Of a stretch of 64,000 nt of DNA, positions 19,842-30,477 are shown piece after piece; positions within the stretch are counted from its first letter, which is position 1, and every line of letters begins with the position of its first letter. Under the pieces are notes generated by a model. It did not search any database. It worked only from the letters and a program-made list of their open reading frames with translations, and was not told where the DNA came from. The stretch comes from an uncultured Actinomycetes bacterium (lineage in GTDB: Bacteria; Actinomycetota; UBA4738; HRBIN12). The translations under genes were made by a program, and so were the position numbers. The stretch is taken from contig OY969934.1 of the NCBI GenBank assembly GCA_963704725.1, positions 2,112,001 to 2,176,000 on the forward strand, given 5' to 3'.

Positions 19842-22089
19842 TATCGAGGGACGACGCGGAACGCGTCGTAGACGTTCTCGACCTTCTTCACCGCGGCCAG
19901 GATGCCGGCCAGGTGCGTGATGTCGGCGAGCTCGAACGTGAACCGGAGCGTCGTGGTCCGGTCCCGTCCCACGGCCGAGGTCGCCGACAGGATGTTCACG
20001 TGGTGGTCCGACAGCGCCGTGGCCACGTCCGAAAGCAGCCGCGTGCGGTCGAGCGCGTCGACCTGGACCGCGACGACGAACGACGTCGGCTTGCCCGTCC
20101 GCCACGTGACGTCGATCAGCCGCTCGGCCTGCGCCGACAGGGCGCGGGCGTTGGGGCAGTCGGTGCGGTGGACGCTGACCCCCTGCCCCCGGGTGACGAA
20201 CCCCATGATCTCGTCGCCCGGCACCGGCGTGCAGCATCGCGCGAGCCGGACCCACACGTCCGCCGAGCCGGGCACGACCACGCCGGAGGTCACGTCCTTC
20301 TCGAGCCGGACCGGCCGGGCCAGGGGGACCTCGGTGACGTCCTCCTCGGTGAGTCCCCTGGACGCTGCGCGTCAGCCGGGCCACCACCGACTGCGGTGAC
20401 ACGTGCCCCTCCCCCATCGCCACGTAGAGCGAGTCCAGGGTGGGGAACTTCATCTCGTCGGCGAGCTGCTTCAGGGCGTCCTCGGTGGCCAGCCGCTTGA
20501 ACGGGACGTTCTGCCGGCGCATGAGGCGCTGGAGCGCGTCGCGGCCCTCCTCGAGGGCGTCCTCCCGCCGCTCCCGGCTGAACCACTGCCGGACCTTGTT
20601 GCGCGCCCGGGGCGTCTTGACGAACCGGAGCCAATCCTGCGACGGCCCCTCGCCCTGCGCCTTCGACGTGAGGATCTCCACCGTGTCGCCCGTCCGCAGC
20701 TCGTAGTCGAGCGGCACCAGCTTGCCGTTCACCTTCGCGCCGATCGTCCGATGGCCGACCTCGGTGTGGATCGAGTAAGCGAAGTCCACGGGCGTGGCGC
20801 CCGCGGGGAGATTCGTCACGTCGCCCTTGGGCGTGAAGCAGAAGACCTGCCCCCCGTAGAGGTCGATCTTCAGGCCCTCCATGAACTCGCGAGGGTCGGC
20901 CATGTCCTTCAGCCACTCGAGCATCTGCCCCAGCCACGCGAGGTCGGCGGCCTCCTTCGCCTTCTTGCCGTCGCGACCTTCCTTGTACCGCCAGTGCGCC
21001 GCGATGCCGAACTCGGCCGTGCGGTGCATCTCGCGGGTCCGCAGCTGGACCTCGATCGCCCGCCCCTGTGGTCCCACCACCGTCGTGTGCAGCGACTGGT
21101 ACATGTTCGACTTGGGCATCGCCACGTAGTCCTTGAAGCGGCCGGGGACCGGCTTCCACAGCGAGTGGACCGCGCCCGAGCGCCCCGTAACAGTCGCGGA
21201 TCGAGTCGACGAGGATGCGGATGCCGGCGAGATCGTAGATCTCGTTGAACTCCTTGCCGCCGATCACCATCTTCTCGTAGATCGAGTACAGGTGCTTGGG
21301 CCGCCCCTCGACGTCGGCCTTCACGCCGGCATCCCGGAGCCGGCGGCGCGCCGACTCGAGCACGCCGTCGACGTACTCCTGGCGGTCGCCGCGGCGCCGC
21401 TCGACCAGGTTGGCGATCTCGCGGTAGGGGCCGGGGTGCAGCGTCTTGAACGACAGGTCCTCGAGCTCCCACTTCACCTGCTGCACGCCGAGGCGGTGCG
21501 CGAGCGGCGCGTAGATCTCGATCGTCTCGGTCGCGATCCGCCGCTGCTTCTCGGGCGGCAGCGGCGCGATCGTCCGCATGTTGTGCAGGCGGTCGGCGAG
21601 CTTGATCAGCAGGACGCGGATGTCGCCCGCCATGGCCACGATCATCTTGCGGACGTTCTCGGCCTGCTCCTGCTCACGGCTGCGGAACGTGATCGACTCG
21701 AGCTTGGTCAGCCCGTCGACGATCCGGGCCACCTCCGATCCGAACAGCTCCTCGAGCTGCTCCAGCGTGACCTCGGTGTCCTCGACCGTGTCGTGCAGGA
21801 GCGCCGCCTGCAGCGTCGTCGTGTCGAGCCCGAGGTCGGCGAGCACGCGGGCCACCGACAGGGGGTGCTGGATGAACGGCTCGCCCGACAGCCGGGTCTG
21901 ACCCGCGTGGTGCTCCTCGGCGAACCGGTAGGCGCGCTCGATCTCCTTCAGGTCCGCCTTGGCGTTGAAGGCCTTGACGGCCCGAAGGAGCCCCTCGATG
22001 CCCTCGCCGGGCGGCTCGGGCTCGCCGGGGCGCAGCCGGGACAGCAGCCCGCCGCGCCGCTCCGTCCGGACCTGTTCCCTGCTGTCCAC
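19841..22089 (-). CDS. relA: Bifunctional (p)ppGpp synthetase/hydrolase (two 1-nt frameshifts at about 21177 and 20357)
   Basis: HD domain (LLHDTVED, KLADRLHN), synthetase (YQSLHT, AAHWRYK), TGS, ZFD (ARCC.P.PGD, HRTDC) and ACT domains spread over three frames. Confidence 0.93.
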
Positions 22090-22151
22090 CTCGCCTCCTC
22101 GGAACGGCCAGTCTACGCCGGTCGGACGCAGCGGCCGCCCGCGAGGGCGGG

Positions 22152-22673
22152 TCAGTAATCGAGCAGCGTGAACAGGTCGTAGCCCTGGAGCTTGTCGCGT
22201 CCGTGCAGGAAGCCGAGCTCGATGAGGCAGGCGATGCCGATGACCTTGCCGCCGATCCGCTCGACGAGCCCGGCCGTCGCCTGGGCCGTCCCCCCCGTGG
22301 CGAGCACGTCGTCGACGACCAGGACCCGCTCACCGGGCCTCACGGCGTCCTTGTGGATCTGGAGTGTGGCCGTCCCGTACTCGAGCGCGTACTCGGCGGA
22401 CTCCGTGTGCCAGGGGAGCTTGTCCTTCTTGCGGACGGGGACGAACCCGGCGCCGAAGTGGTACGCCACCGGCGACGCGAGGATGAACCCGCGGGCCTCG
22501 ATCCCGACGACCTTGTCCACGTTGCCCCGCCCGAAGTGCACGACGATCAGGTCGATCACGCTGGAGAAGGCAAGCTCGTCCGCGAGCAGCGGCGTGATGT
22601 CCTTGAAGACGATGCCCTCCTGGGGGAAATCGGGCACGTCGCGCACGAGGGCTCGGAGCTGCTCGAGGTCCAC
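22152..22673 (-). CDS. apt: Adenine phosphoribosyltransferase
   Basis: PDFP..GI.FKDI, GIEARGF, LEYG, VDDVLATGGT. Confidence 0.96.
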   Translation of the reverse strand: MDLEQLRALVRDVPDFPQEGIVFKDITPLLADELAFSSVIDLIVVHFGRGNVDKVVGIEARGFILASPVAYHFGAGFVPVRKKDKLPWHTESAEYALEYGTATLQIHKDAVRPGERVLVVDDVLATGGTAQATAGLVERIGGKVIGIACLIELGFLHGRDKLQGYDLFTLLDY

Positions 22674-22677
22674 GAGT

Positions 22678-23838
22678 TCACCTCCGCTTGCGCTTGGCCG
22701 GCGGCTTCCGCCGGCTCTTGGGCCGCGGTCGCGAGGGCTGGCCGGGCCGCCGGGCCGCCGGCGCCGGCGCCGGCGCCGGCGCCGAGGAGCCTCGGGCGCC
22801 CACCGCCGCGTGCTCGGCCTCAGGCTCGTCCTCGGTCGCGACGGGCCGCGCGGCCGGCACCGCCCGCAGACGGCGGTCGCTCCGGCCCTCCAGGCGGGCG
22901 CGGTGCTGCTGGTACTTGGGCTCGCGCTCCTTCAGCATGACCAGGATCGGCGTCGCGACGAAGATCGACGAGTAGGCGCCTGTGACCACGCCGATGAGCA
23001 TCGCGAACGCGAAGTCCTTGAGCGTCGCGCCGCCGAACAGCAGCAACGACAGGATCGGAAGCACGACGACGAGCGACGTGTTGACCGAGCGCATCAGCAC
23101 CTGGTTCATCGACAGGTTCGCCACGCCCTCGTACGTGTCCTTCGCCAGCACGGTCGGGTTCTCGACGTTCTCCTCGACCTTGTCGTAGATCACGACCGTG
23201 TCGTAGAGGGAGTACCCGAGGATCGTCAGGACCGCGATGACGGTCGGCGGCGAGACCTCGCGGCCCGTCAGCGCGTACACGCCGACGGTGATCGCGACGT
23301 CGTGGACCATGGCCGCCAGCGCCCCGACCGCCATCTTGAGCTCGAAGCGCATCGTGACGTACAGCGCGATGGCGGCCAGCACGATGACGAGCCCGATCAC
23401 GGCCTGACGGGTGATCTGTCTTCCCCAGGTGGGGCCGACCACCTGCGTGCTGACGTCGTTGGAGCTCACGCCGGCCTGCCGCGCCAGGTCCTCGATGAGC
23501 GTCGTCCGCTCGGTGACCGTCAGGTCCGTGATCGACGTCGTGCGGATCGAGATCCGGTCCCCGCTCACGAGCTGGATCTCGGCGTCCCCCCGGTTGAACG
23601 GCGCCTCGGCGAGGATGCCCCGGACGTCCTCGACGGAGGCGCCCGCCGGGTCCGGGTACTGGATCAGCGACCCGCCGGTGAAGTCGATCGAGAAGTTGAG
23701 CCCGCGGATGAGGAACCCCGCCATGGCGAGCAGGAGGACCGCGCCGGACAGCACGAACCACAGGTTCCGCCGCTGCACGATGGGCAGGCTCGGCGTCCGG
23801 TATCCCCGGTAGACGTGGAGCGCGTGCCTGAGGTTCAC
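22678..23838 (-). CDS. secF: Protein translocase subunit SecF
   Basis: IDFTGG, VGPTWG, HD, GYSLYDTVVIYD, RSVNTS, GAYSS; GTGA coupling to secD. Confidence 0.94.
   Translation of the reverse strand: MNLRHALHVYRGYRTPSLPIVQRRNLWFVLSGAVLLLAMAGFLIRGLNFSIDFTGGSLIQYPDPAGASVEDVRGILAEAPFNRGDAEIQLVSGDRISIRTTSITDLTVTERTTLIEDLARQAGVSSNDVSTQVVGPTWGRQITRQAVIGLVIVLAAIALYVTMRFELKMAVGALAAMVHDVAITVGVYALTGREVSPPTVIAVLTILGYSLYDTVVIYDKVEENVENPTVLAKDTYEGVANLSMNQVLMRSVNTSLVVVLPILSLLLFGGATLKDFAFAMLIGVVTGAYSSIFVATPILVMLKEREPKYQQHRARLEGRSDRRLRAVPAARPVATEDEPEAEHAAVGARGSSAPAPAPAPAARRPGQPSRPRPKSRRKPPAKRKRR
22757..22783. repeat. Short (GCCGGC)n tandem repeat encoding the APAPAPAPA linker in the SecF tail
   Basis: gccggcgccggcgccggcgccggcgcc. 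Confidence 0.7.
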
Positions 23839-25823
23839 TTCGATGCCCCGGCGATCGCCGGCGCCTGCTCGAGCGCGACGCCGCTCGTGACGCCGATCCC
23901 GCGCATCGTGACGAGCCGCTCGTTGCGCGCGAGGAGGAACACGGCGGGCCGCTTGAAGAAGTACACGACGAACAGGTCGAGGAGAACGGACACGCCCAGG
24001 GTCAGGGCGAATCCGCGCACCGAGCTGATCGCCGTGAGGTACAGGACCACAGCCGCCAGCCCGGTGACGATGTCGGCCGCCACGATCGTGCGGAAGGCCC
24101 GCTTGAACGCCGGCGCGACGGCAACCCTCGGCGACTTGCCGCCGTGGACCTCGTCCTTGAACCGCTCGAAGAACACGATGTAGGAGTCCGCCGTGACGCC
24201 GAGCGAGATGACCAGTCCCGCGACGCCGGCGAGCGACAGGCTGTAGCCGAGGCTCCGCCCGGCCAGCGCGACGAGCGCGAACGCCAGCACCGCCCAGATC
24301 GTCATCCCCAGCCAAGCGATGATCGCCAGGATCCGGTAGTAGAAGAGCAGGTACAGGAACAGCAGGACGAGGCCGGCGATCCCGGCTGCGATCCCGGCGT
24401 CGAGCGACTCCTTGCCGAGCGTCGGGCTCACGGTCACGACGTTCTGCGTGGTGAGCTCCACGGGCAGGGCGCCCGCGTTGAGCTGCGTGGCCAGGTCCTT
24501 GGCCCGGTTCTGCGTGAAGCTGCCCTCGATCACGCCGGAGCCGTTCGTGATCGGCGAGTTCACGGTTGGGGCGGAGATCACCTGCCGGTCGACGACGATC
24601 GCGAGCTGTCCGCTCCCGGCGAGCTGGGTGGTGATCTGCCCGAACTTGTCCGACCCCGGGCCCGAGAGCGTGAAGTTGATGACCCATCCCCTTCCGACGG
24701 AGGTCGAGCCGCCGGCGTCGAACGTGGCCTGGGCGCCGTCGATCGCGTCGCCCGTGACCGCCACCGGACCGAGCTTGTACTTCGTCTGCTGGGCGCGGTC
24801 GAAGAAGACGACCTGCTCGTCACGCAGGGCCTGGAAGGAGCACGCGGCGCTCTCGATCTCGGTCTGGGTGGCGCACTGGGCCGGGGTGGTGTCGTAGCCG
24901 GGCGACTCCGGGGTGAGCGTCTCGACGACGGGACGGAACTCGAGCCGGGCCGTCTCTCCGATCACCTGGAGCAGGCGCTCCTGACCCGTGGCCTGCAGCT
25001 TCTCCTGGGCGGCGTCGCGCGTGAGGAAGCACCCGAGCTGCTTGTCGGCCGAGCTGATCACGCAGAACAGGTGATCGGTCTTCGCGACGGCGAGCTCGGC
25101 GAGCTTGTCCTTCGCCTCCTGCTCCGTCGGGTAGCACGCGACGGAGAGGTCGCTCCGGAACGTCGCGGCGCCCTCTCCCTGGACGCAGTACGAGTTGGTG
25201 ACGTCGGCCGAGACGTCGCCGAGGCTCGTGTCGGCTTCGTCGCGCGTCGGGAAGCACGGGTCCTGTGCGAGGCCCGTCCCCGTCAGGCAGAACTGGCCGT
25301 TCTGCTTCTCCACGGTGATCGCGGCGATCGCGTCCGTGGCCTCCTTCTCGGTGCCGAAGCAGGGCGCGGTGTCCGGGCTGTCGGCGAACGGCCCTCCGGC
25401 CAGACAGGCGGACTCCACGACGGTGCCGACCGCCGCGGCGTCCAGCTGCGCCTGCGCGTCGGCCTGGGTCTCGGTGTGCCCGAAGCTCGTCCCGGAGTCG
25501 TCGAGGATGTCGAAGCGTGTCGTCGGGCGGTCCTGGATCGTCCCGCGGGCCAGCCCAGGGATCTGGACCTCGATGTTGTTCCGCGAGACGAACAGGGTCG
25601 GCTCGGCGGTGCCGAACGCGTCGATGCGCGTCCGGATGTTCTCCAGGGCCCGGTCCATCACGTCCTGCGGGGTGCCGTCGGGCGCCGACAGCACGACCGA
25701 GACACCGCCCTGCAGGTCGAGCCCGAGCACCGGCTGGGTCCCGGTGGCGAACAGCGCCACCGAGCCCGCGACGAGCGCGAGCACGAAGATGATCGAGATC
25801 CAGAGGGGGCGGGTCCTCCTCAT
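23835..25823 (-). CDS. secD: Protein translocase subunit SecD with an inserted Cys-rich repeat region
   Basis: LGLDLQGG, ARLEFRPV, GALP, VSPTLG, ADSYIVFFER, VRGFA; ATGA coupling to the upstream HD gene. Confidence 0.93.
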   Translation of the reverse strand: MRRTRPLWISIIFVLALVAGSVALFATGTQPVLGLDLQGGVSVVLSAPDGTPQDVMDRALENIRTRIDAFGTAEPTLFVSRNNIEVQIPGLARGTIQDRPTTRFDILDDSGTSFGHTETQADAQAQLDAAAVGTVVESACLAGGPFADSPDTAPCFGTEKEATDAIAAITVEKQNGQFCLTGTGLAQDPCFPTRDEADTSLGDVSADVTNSYCVQGEGAATFRSDLSVACYPTEQEAKDKLAELAVAKTDHLFCVISSADKQLGCFLTRDAAQEKLQATGQERLLQVIGETARLEFRPVVETLTPESPGYDTTPAQCATQTEIESAACSFQALRDEQVVFFDRAQQTKYKLGPVAVTGDAIDGAQATFDAGGSTSVGRGWVINFTLSGPGSDKFGQITTQLAGSGQLAIVVDRQVISAPTVNSPITNGSGVIEGSFTQNRAKDLATQLNAGALPVELTTQNVVTVSPTLGKESLDAGIAAGIAGLVLLFLYLLFYYRILAIIAWLGMTIWAVLAFALVALAGRSLGYSLSLAGVAGLVISLGVTADSYIVFFERFKDEVHGGKSPRVAVAPAFKRAFRTIVAADIVTGLAAVVLYLTAISSVRGFALTLGVSVLLDLFVVYFFKRPAVFLLARNERLVTMRGIGVTSGVALEQAPAIAGASK

Positions 25824-26560
25824 GCCAGCTCCGCTCCGTTGATCGTGAGCTTGAACCGACAGTCGAGGACCTCGGCGGCCTTCCGGCACATCTGCATGCG
25901 TCCGAGGAAGATCTCGAAGTACTCCATGACCTGGCTGATCTGGGTGTCGATCGTCAGCTCGAGCGTGACGGTCTTGGCCACCGAGTCTACCCGGAGGAAG
26001 GATTGTTCCGCAGCGAAGTTGACCCGGTCGTGGATGTCGAACTCGATCTGCCCCGACTTGCGGACGCGGCTCCGGTGCACGTCGGACTTGTCCGCCAGGA
26101 TCACCGCGGCCGAGACGGGAGAGACGGCCGCCCCGTTCTCCTCCTCGTGGTTGGCCACGGCGGCCACGACGAGCGCCAGGTCGGCCGCGGCCACGCGCTC
26201 GCGCAACGCCTCGTAGACGAGCACGCCGCCGGTCTGCCCGTGGGCCACGCGCGAGATCATGCAGCCGACGTCGTGCAGGTAGCCGGCCACGCAGCCCAGG
26301 TTCGCCGTGTGCTCGTCGAAGCCGGCCCGCTGCAGCACGTTGAACGCGATGCGCGCGGACAGGTTGGCGTGGCGGAACCCGTGCTCGGTGTATCCCAGCC
26401 CCTCCATCACGCGGTCGGCGGCCGAGATGAAGTGCGACAGCTCCTCGTTCGCCTTGACCATGTCGAGCGTGAGGGGTTCGGGTTCGATCGCCGGAGCGGC
26501 GGGCGGTGTGGGTCCCGGCGCGGGGGCCGGCGGCGCGAGGGGTGCCGGCTCGGAGCTCAC
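25820..26560 (-). CDS. HD-domain phosphohydrolase
   Basis: GYTEHGFRHA, GYLHDVG, H, NHEE, ADKSDVHRSRVR, DIHDRVN; Pro-rich N-terminus; coupled to both yajC and secD. Confidence 0.85.
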   Translation of the reverse strand: MSSEPAPLAPPAPAPGPTPPAAPAIEPEPLTLDMVKANEELSHFISAADRVMEGLGYTEHGFRHANLSARIAFNVLQRAGFDEHTANLGCVAGYLHDVGCMISRVAHGQTGGVLVYEALRERVAAADLALVVAAVANHEEENGAAVSPVSAAVILADKSDVHRSRVRKSGQIEFDIHDRVNFAAEQSFLRVDSVAKTVTLELTIDTQISQVMEYFEIFLGRMQMCRKAAEVLDCRFKLTINGAELA

Positions 26561-26919
26561 GACTGGCCTGCGGTCTCCTCGTCGGCCGAGCCGTCCTCGT
26601 CCTCGACGTACTCCTCGTCCTCGACGAAGCGCTGCGAGATCCCCTGACGGAGCATCCTCACCTTGATACCGGGCGCGATCTCCACGCTCACCACGCCCTC
26701 GTCGTCGTCGATCTCGACGAGCGTCCCGAAGATCCCGCCCGACGTCATGACCTCGTCCCCCACCTCGAGCGAGGACAGCAGCGCCTGCTGCGCCCGCTGC
26801 TTGGTCCGCTGCGGACGGATGAGGAGGAAGTAGAAGCCCACGATCATGAGCACCGGCAGGGCGAGCGCGGCCAGCGGGCTGCTTGCGTTGGTCTCGGCGG
26901 CGAGAAGATGGACGAGCAT
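26557..26919 (-). CDS. yajC: Preprotein translocase subunit YajC
   Basis: FYFLLIRPQR, GDEVMTSGGIFG, EIAPG; AGGAGG SD. Confidence 0.93.
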   Translation of the reverse strand: MLVHLLAAETNASSPLAALALPVLMIVGFYFLLIRPQRTKQRAQQALLSSLEVGDEVMTSGGIFGTLVEIDDDEGVVSVEIAPGIKVRMLRQGISQRFVEDEEYVEDEDGSADEETAGQS

Positions 26920-27020
26920 GCTGGAAGGATCCTCCTGAGAGGTGACGAGGCAGCATACAGGCTCGCGGGCGGCCCGCCGCAGTCACGCCAGGGGTTCGCC
27001 GCCCGCCGCGCCGCGGTTCG

Positions 27021-28040
27021 CTACGCCAGCGGCAGGGCGCCCTCGGCCGTGACGCCGAGATGCCGGTAGGCCCGCTCGGTGGCCACCCGTCCCCGCGGCG
27101 TGCGCTGGAGGAACCCCAGCTGGAGCAGGTAAGGCTCGTACACGTCCTCGATCGTGTCGGTCTCCTCCCCCACGGCGGCCGCGATCGTCGACAGCCCCAC
27201 CGGCCCGCCGCCGAACTTGCCCACCAGCGTGCTGAGGATGGCCACGTCGAGCTTGTCGAGCCCCCGCTCGTCGACCTCGAACAGCTCGAGGCCGGCCCGG
27301 GCCACGTCGCCGGTCACGGCGCCGTCGTGGCGGACCTGGGCGAAGTCGCGGACCCGGCGGAGCAGTCGGTTCGCCACTCGAGGCGTGCCCCGGGACCGCA
27401 GCGCGATCTGCGCGGCGCCGTCCTCGTCGACGCCCACGGCCAGGATCCCCGCCGAGCGCACGACGATCCGCTCGAGGTCCTCGACCGAGTAGTAGTCCAG
27501 GCGCGGGGAGAAGCCGAAGCGCTCGCGGAGCGGCAGCGTGATCCTTCCGGGGCGCGTCGTCGCCCCCACGAGGGTGAACCGCGGCAGGTCGAGCCGGATG
27601 CTCCGGGCGCTCGGGCCCTTGCCGAGCACCACGTCGAGCTGGAAGTCCTCGAGCGCCGGGTACAGGACCTCCTCGACGGGGCGGGGCATGCGGTGGATCT
27701 CGTCGACGAACAGGACGTCGCCCTCCTCGAGGTTGGTCAGGATCGCGGCGAGGTCCCCGGGGCGGTCCAGCGCCGGGCCCGACGTCGGCTGGAACCCCAC
27801 GCCGAGCTCGTTCGCGACGATGCCGGCGAGCGTCGTCTTGCCCAGGCCGGGCGGCCCGGAGAACAACAGATGATCGACCGTCTCGCCGCGGGCGCGGGCC
27901 CCGTCGATCAGCAGCGCGAGCTGCTCCTTGATCCGGTCCTGGCCGACGAACTCGTCGATGCGGCGCGGGCGCAGGGCGGCGTCGAACTGCCGCTCGTCCT
28001 CGGGCAGGGCTGGATCGACGACCCGGCGCCCCTCCGTCAC
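27021..28040 (-). CDS. ruvB: Holliday junction branch-migration helicase RuvB
   Basis: [36 protein letters not shown]. Confidence 0.97.
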   Translation of the reverse strand: MTEGRRVVDPALPEDERQFDAALRPRRIDEFVGQDRIKEQLALLIDGARARGETVDHLLFSGPPGLGKTTLAGIVANELGVGFQPTSGPALDRPGDLAAILTNLEEGDVLFVDEIHRMPRPVEEVLYPALEDFQLDVVLGKGPSARSIRLDLPRFTLVGATTRPGRITLPLRERFGFSPRLDYYSVEDLERIVVRSAGILAVGVDEDGAAQIALRSRGTPRVANRLLRRVRDFAQVRHDGAVTGDVARAGLELFEVDERGLDKLDVAILSTLVGKFGGGPVGLSTIAAAVGEETDTIEDVYEPYLLQLGFLQRTPRGRVATERAYRHLGVTAEGALPLA

Positions 28041-28609
28041 GACGCCCGCCCCACATGCTGGAGGGCCTCGCGCAGGAGATCCTCGACCGCGCGGTCGCCG
28101 TCGATCGTGAGACCGGACATCGCCTCGGAGGCCTCCTGCGTGGACAGGCCGAGCGCGAGGAGCGCCTCCCGCACATCCGAGAGCGGGCCCTCGAGCACGA
28201 CGACGTCCCCGCCGAGCTTGTCCCTCAGGTCGAGCACGACGCGCTGCGCCACCTTCCTGCCCACGCCCGGAACGATGGTCAGGGCCGCGACGTCGCCCGC
28301 TCGCACGGCGCGGCGCAGGGCGTCGGGGGCGAGCACCGACAGGAACGACAGCGCGACCTTGGGCCCGATGCCCGTCACCGTGACCAGGAGGTCGAACAGC
28401 TCTCGTTCGTCCGTGCTCGAGAAGCCGTACAGCGTCATGCCGTCGTCGCGGACGACCATCCGCGTGTGCAGCCGCACGGTCTTGCCGACCGGCGGCAGCT
28501 TCGCCAGCGTCGAGGAGGGCACCTGGACGTCGTACCCCACGCCGCCGACGGCGATCACGACGCGGCCGGCGGCCTTGTCGGCCACCTCGCCCTCGAGGAA
28601 CGCGATCAC
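28037..28609 (-). CDS. ruvA: Holliday junction branch-migration protein RuvA
   Basis: GVGY, LYGF, GIGPK, PGVGRK, EALLALG. Confidence 0.96.
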   Translation of the reverse strand: MIAFLEGEVADKAAGRVVIAVGGVGYDVQVPSSTLAKLPPVGKTVRLHTRMVVRDDGMTLYGFSSTDERELFDLLVTVTGIGPKVALSFLSVLAPDALRRAVRAGDVAALTIVPGVGRKVAQRVVLDLRDKLGGDVVVLEGPLSDVREALLALGLSTQEASEAMSGLTIDGDRAVEDLLREALQHVGRAS

Positions 28610-29112
28610 GTCGCCACCCGGGCCGCCCGCCGGAGCCGCGACTGCGTGAGGTGGCAGAGCGCGACGGCCACGGCGTCGGCGGCGTCGGCCTGGGTCGGGA
28701 CGTCTTTGAGCCCGTGCAGCCTCGCGAGCGCGTCGCGCACCTGCCCCTTGTCGGCGTTGCCCTGCCCGGTGATGGCCATCTTCACCTCGAGCGGACCGTA
28801 CTCCTCAACGGGGAGCCCGGCCTCTGCCGCGGCCAAGAGCACCACGCCGGTGGCCCGCGCGACGTGCATCGCGCTTCGCTGATTGGTGTTCCAGGCCACC
28901 CGTTCGACCGCCACGGCTTCGGGGCGGTGGGACGCGATCGCTTCGCGGATCGCCTCGTGCAGCGTTCGCAGCCGGCTCGCCTCGGGCGCGTCCGCCGGGG
29001 TTCGCACGGTGTCGGCGAACACGATCTCCAGCCGCCGCTCGCGCCGGGACACGACCGCGAGCCCGAGCGTGGTCAGCCCGGGATCGACCCCGAGCACGCA
29101 GGAATCGAACAC
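28606..29112 (-). CDS. ruvC: Crossover junction endodeoxyribonuclease RuvC
   Basis: [29 protein letters not shown]. Confidence 0.95.
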   Translation of the reverse strand: MFDSCVLGVDPGLTTLGLAVVSRRERRLEIVFADTVRTPADAPEASRLRTLHEAIREAIASHRPEAVAVERVAWNTNQRSAMHVARATGVVLLAAAEAGLPVEEYGPLEVKMAITGQGNADKGQVRDALARLHGLKDVPTQADAADAVAVALCHLTQSRLRRAARVAT

Positions 29113-29124
29113 CTGTTCAGTCTA
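29105..29124 (-). promoter_or_regulatory. LexA (SOS) box overlapping the ruvC start codon, next to a TAGACT -10 element
   Basis: TCGAAC-ACCT-GTTC at 29105-29118 fits the actinobacterial GAAC-N4-GTTC box; TAGACT at 29124-29119 lies 6 nt before the GTG. Confidence 0.75.
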
Positions 29125-29158
29125 GGGAGCCCGGAGCACCCAGGCAAACACCCGGGCC

Positions 29159-29917
29159 CTAACCCGACAGCTCCGCCATCACCGACTCGGGGATGTCGAA
29201 GTTCGCGTACACGCTCTGGGTGTCGTCGAGCTCCTCGAGCGCCTCGAGCAGCGCGAGCACCTGCTTGGCCTGGCCGCCCTCGACGGGGATCGTGTTCTGC
29301 GGGACCATCGTCAGCTCCGCCGAGAGCATGGCGACCCCGGCCGCCGAGATCGTGTCACGCACGGCGCCGAACGCCGTCGGGTCCGTCGTGATCTCCCAGG
29401 TGCTCTCGGCGTCGCTGAGGTCGTCGGCCCCGGCCTCCAGGGCGATCTCGAGCAGCTTGTCCTCGTCGGGCGCCGCGTCCTTCTCGATCTGGATGAGGCC
29501 CTTGCGCTGGAACATCCAGGCGGTGCTCCCGGACTCGCCGAGGTTGCCGTTGTTGCGCGTGAACGCGTGGCGGACCTCCTGCGCGGTCCGGTTGCGGTTG
29601 TCCGTCAGCGTCTCGACGTACAGCGCCACGCCGCCCGGCCCGTACCCCTCGTACGCGACCTCCTCGTACCGCGCGCCGCCCTCGAGCTCGCCGGTCCCCC
29701 GCTTGATGGCCCGGTCGATGTTGTCCACGGGCACCGACGCCGCGCGGGCCTTGTCGATGGCCGAGGCGAGCGTCATGTTCGCCTTCGGGTCGCCGCTCCC
29801 GCCCTCGCGGGCCGAGACCTCCACGAACCGCAGCAGCTTGGCGAACTCGTTGCTGCGCTTGGCGTCGGCGGCGCCCTTCTTGCGCTTGATCGTCGCCCAC
29901 TTGGAATGGCCGGACAT
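29159..29917 (-). CDS. yebC: YebC/PmpR family protein
   Basis: MSGHSKWATIKRKK, YEGYGPGG, TDNRNRT. Confidence 0.95.
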   Translation of the reverse strand: MSGHSKWATIKRKKGAADAKRSNEFAKLLRFVEVSAREGGSGDPKANMTLASAIDKARAASVPVDNIDRAIKRGTGELEGGARYEEVAYEGYGPGGVALYVETLTDNRNRTAQEVRHAFTRNNGNLGESGSTAWMFQRKGLIQIEKDAAPDEDKLLEIALEAGADDLSDAESTWEITTDPTAFGAVRDTISAAGVAMLSAELTMVPQNTIPVEGGQAKQVLALLEALEELDDTQSVYANFDIPESVMAELSG

Positions 29918-29920
29918 CGA

Positions 29921-30477
29921 TCACACCTTCCCGAGGAGGTACTCGTGCAGGCGGGTCTCTCCCGCCAGCTCCGGATGGAAGGATGCCACGAGCAGCCGTC
30001 CCTGCTCCAGGACGACGGGACGTCCCTCGTGCTCGGCGAGGACGCGGACGCCCTGGCCGACGTCCTCGACGACGGGCGCCCGGATGAACACCCCCCGCAC
30101 GGGGTGGTCGACGCCTTCGACGTCGAGGTCGGCCTCGAACGAGTCGACCTGCCGGCCGTACGCGTTGCGGCGGACGGTGATGTCGACGAGGCGAAGGAGC
30201 GGCTCGAGCCCCCGGACGCGCTCGGCCATCACGATCATCCCGGCGCAGGTGCCGAGGATCGGCATGCCGGCGTTCGCGCGCTCGACGATCGGCCCCACGA
30301 GGCCGGTGCTGCGAGCGAGCTTGGAGATCGTGGTCGACTCGCCGCCGGGGATCGCCAGGCAGTCCACGCGCGCGAGATCCTCGGGGGTCCGGACCTCGAT
30401 CGGCGTGGCGCCGGCGTCGGCGAACGCCCTCGCGTGCTCCCGGAAGTCGCCCTGGAGGGCGAGGACGCCGGCCTTCA

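Noticed and set aside
19395-21125. Apparent RelA-Dtd fusion ORF (576 aa)
   Set aside because: Artefact of the relA frameshifts; dtd has its own GTG overlapping the relA stop
22678-22920. Ala/Pro-rich and highly basic SecF tail as a separate functional element
   Set aside because: Low-complexity basic tails are common in actinobacterial SecF
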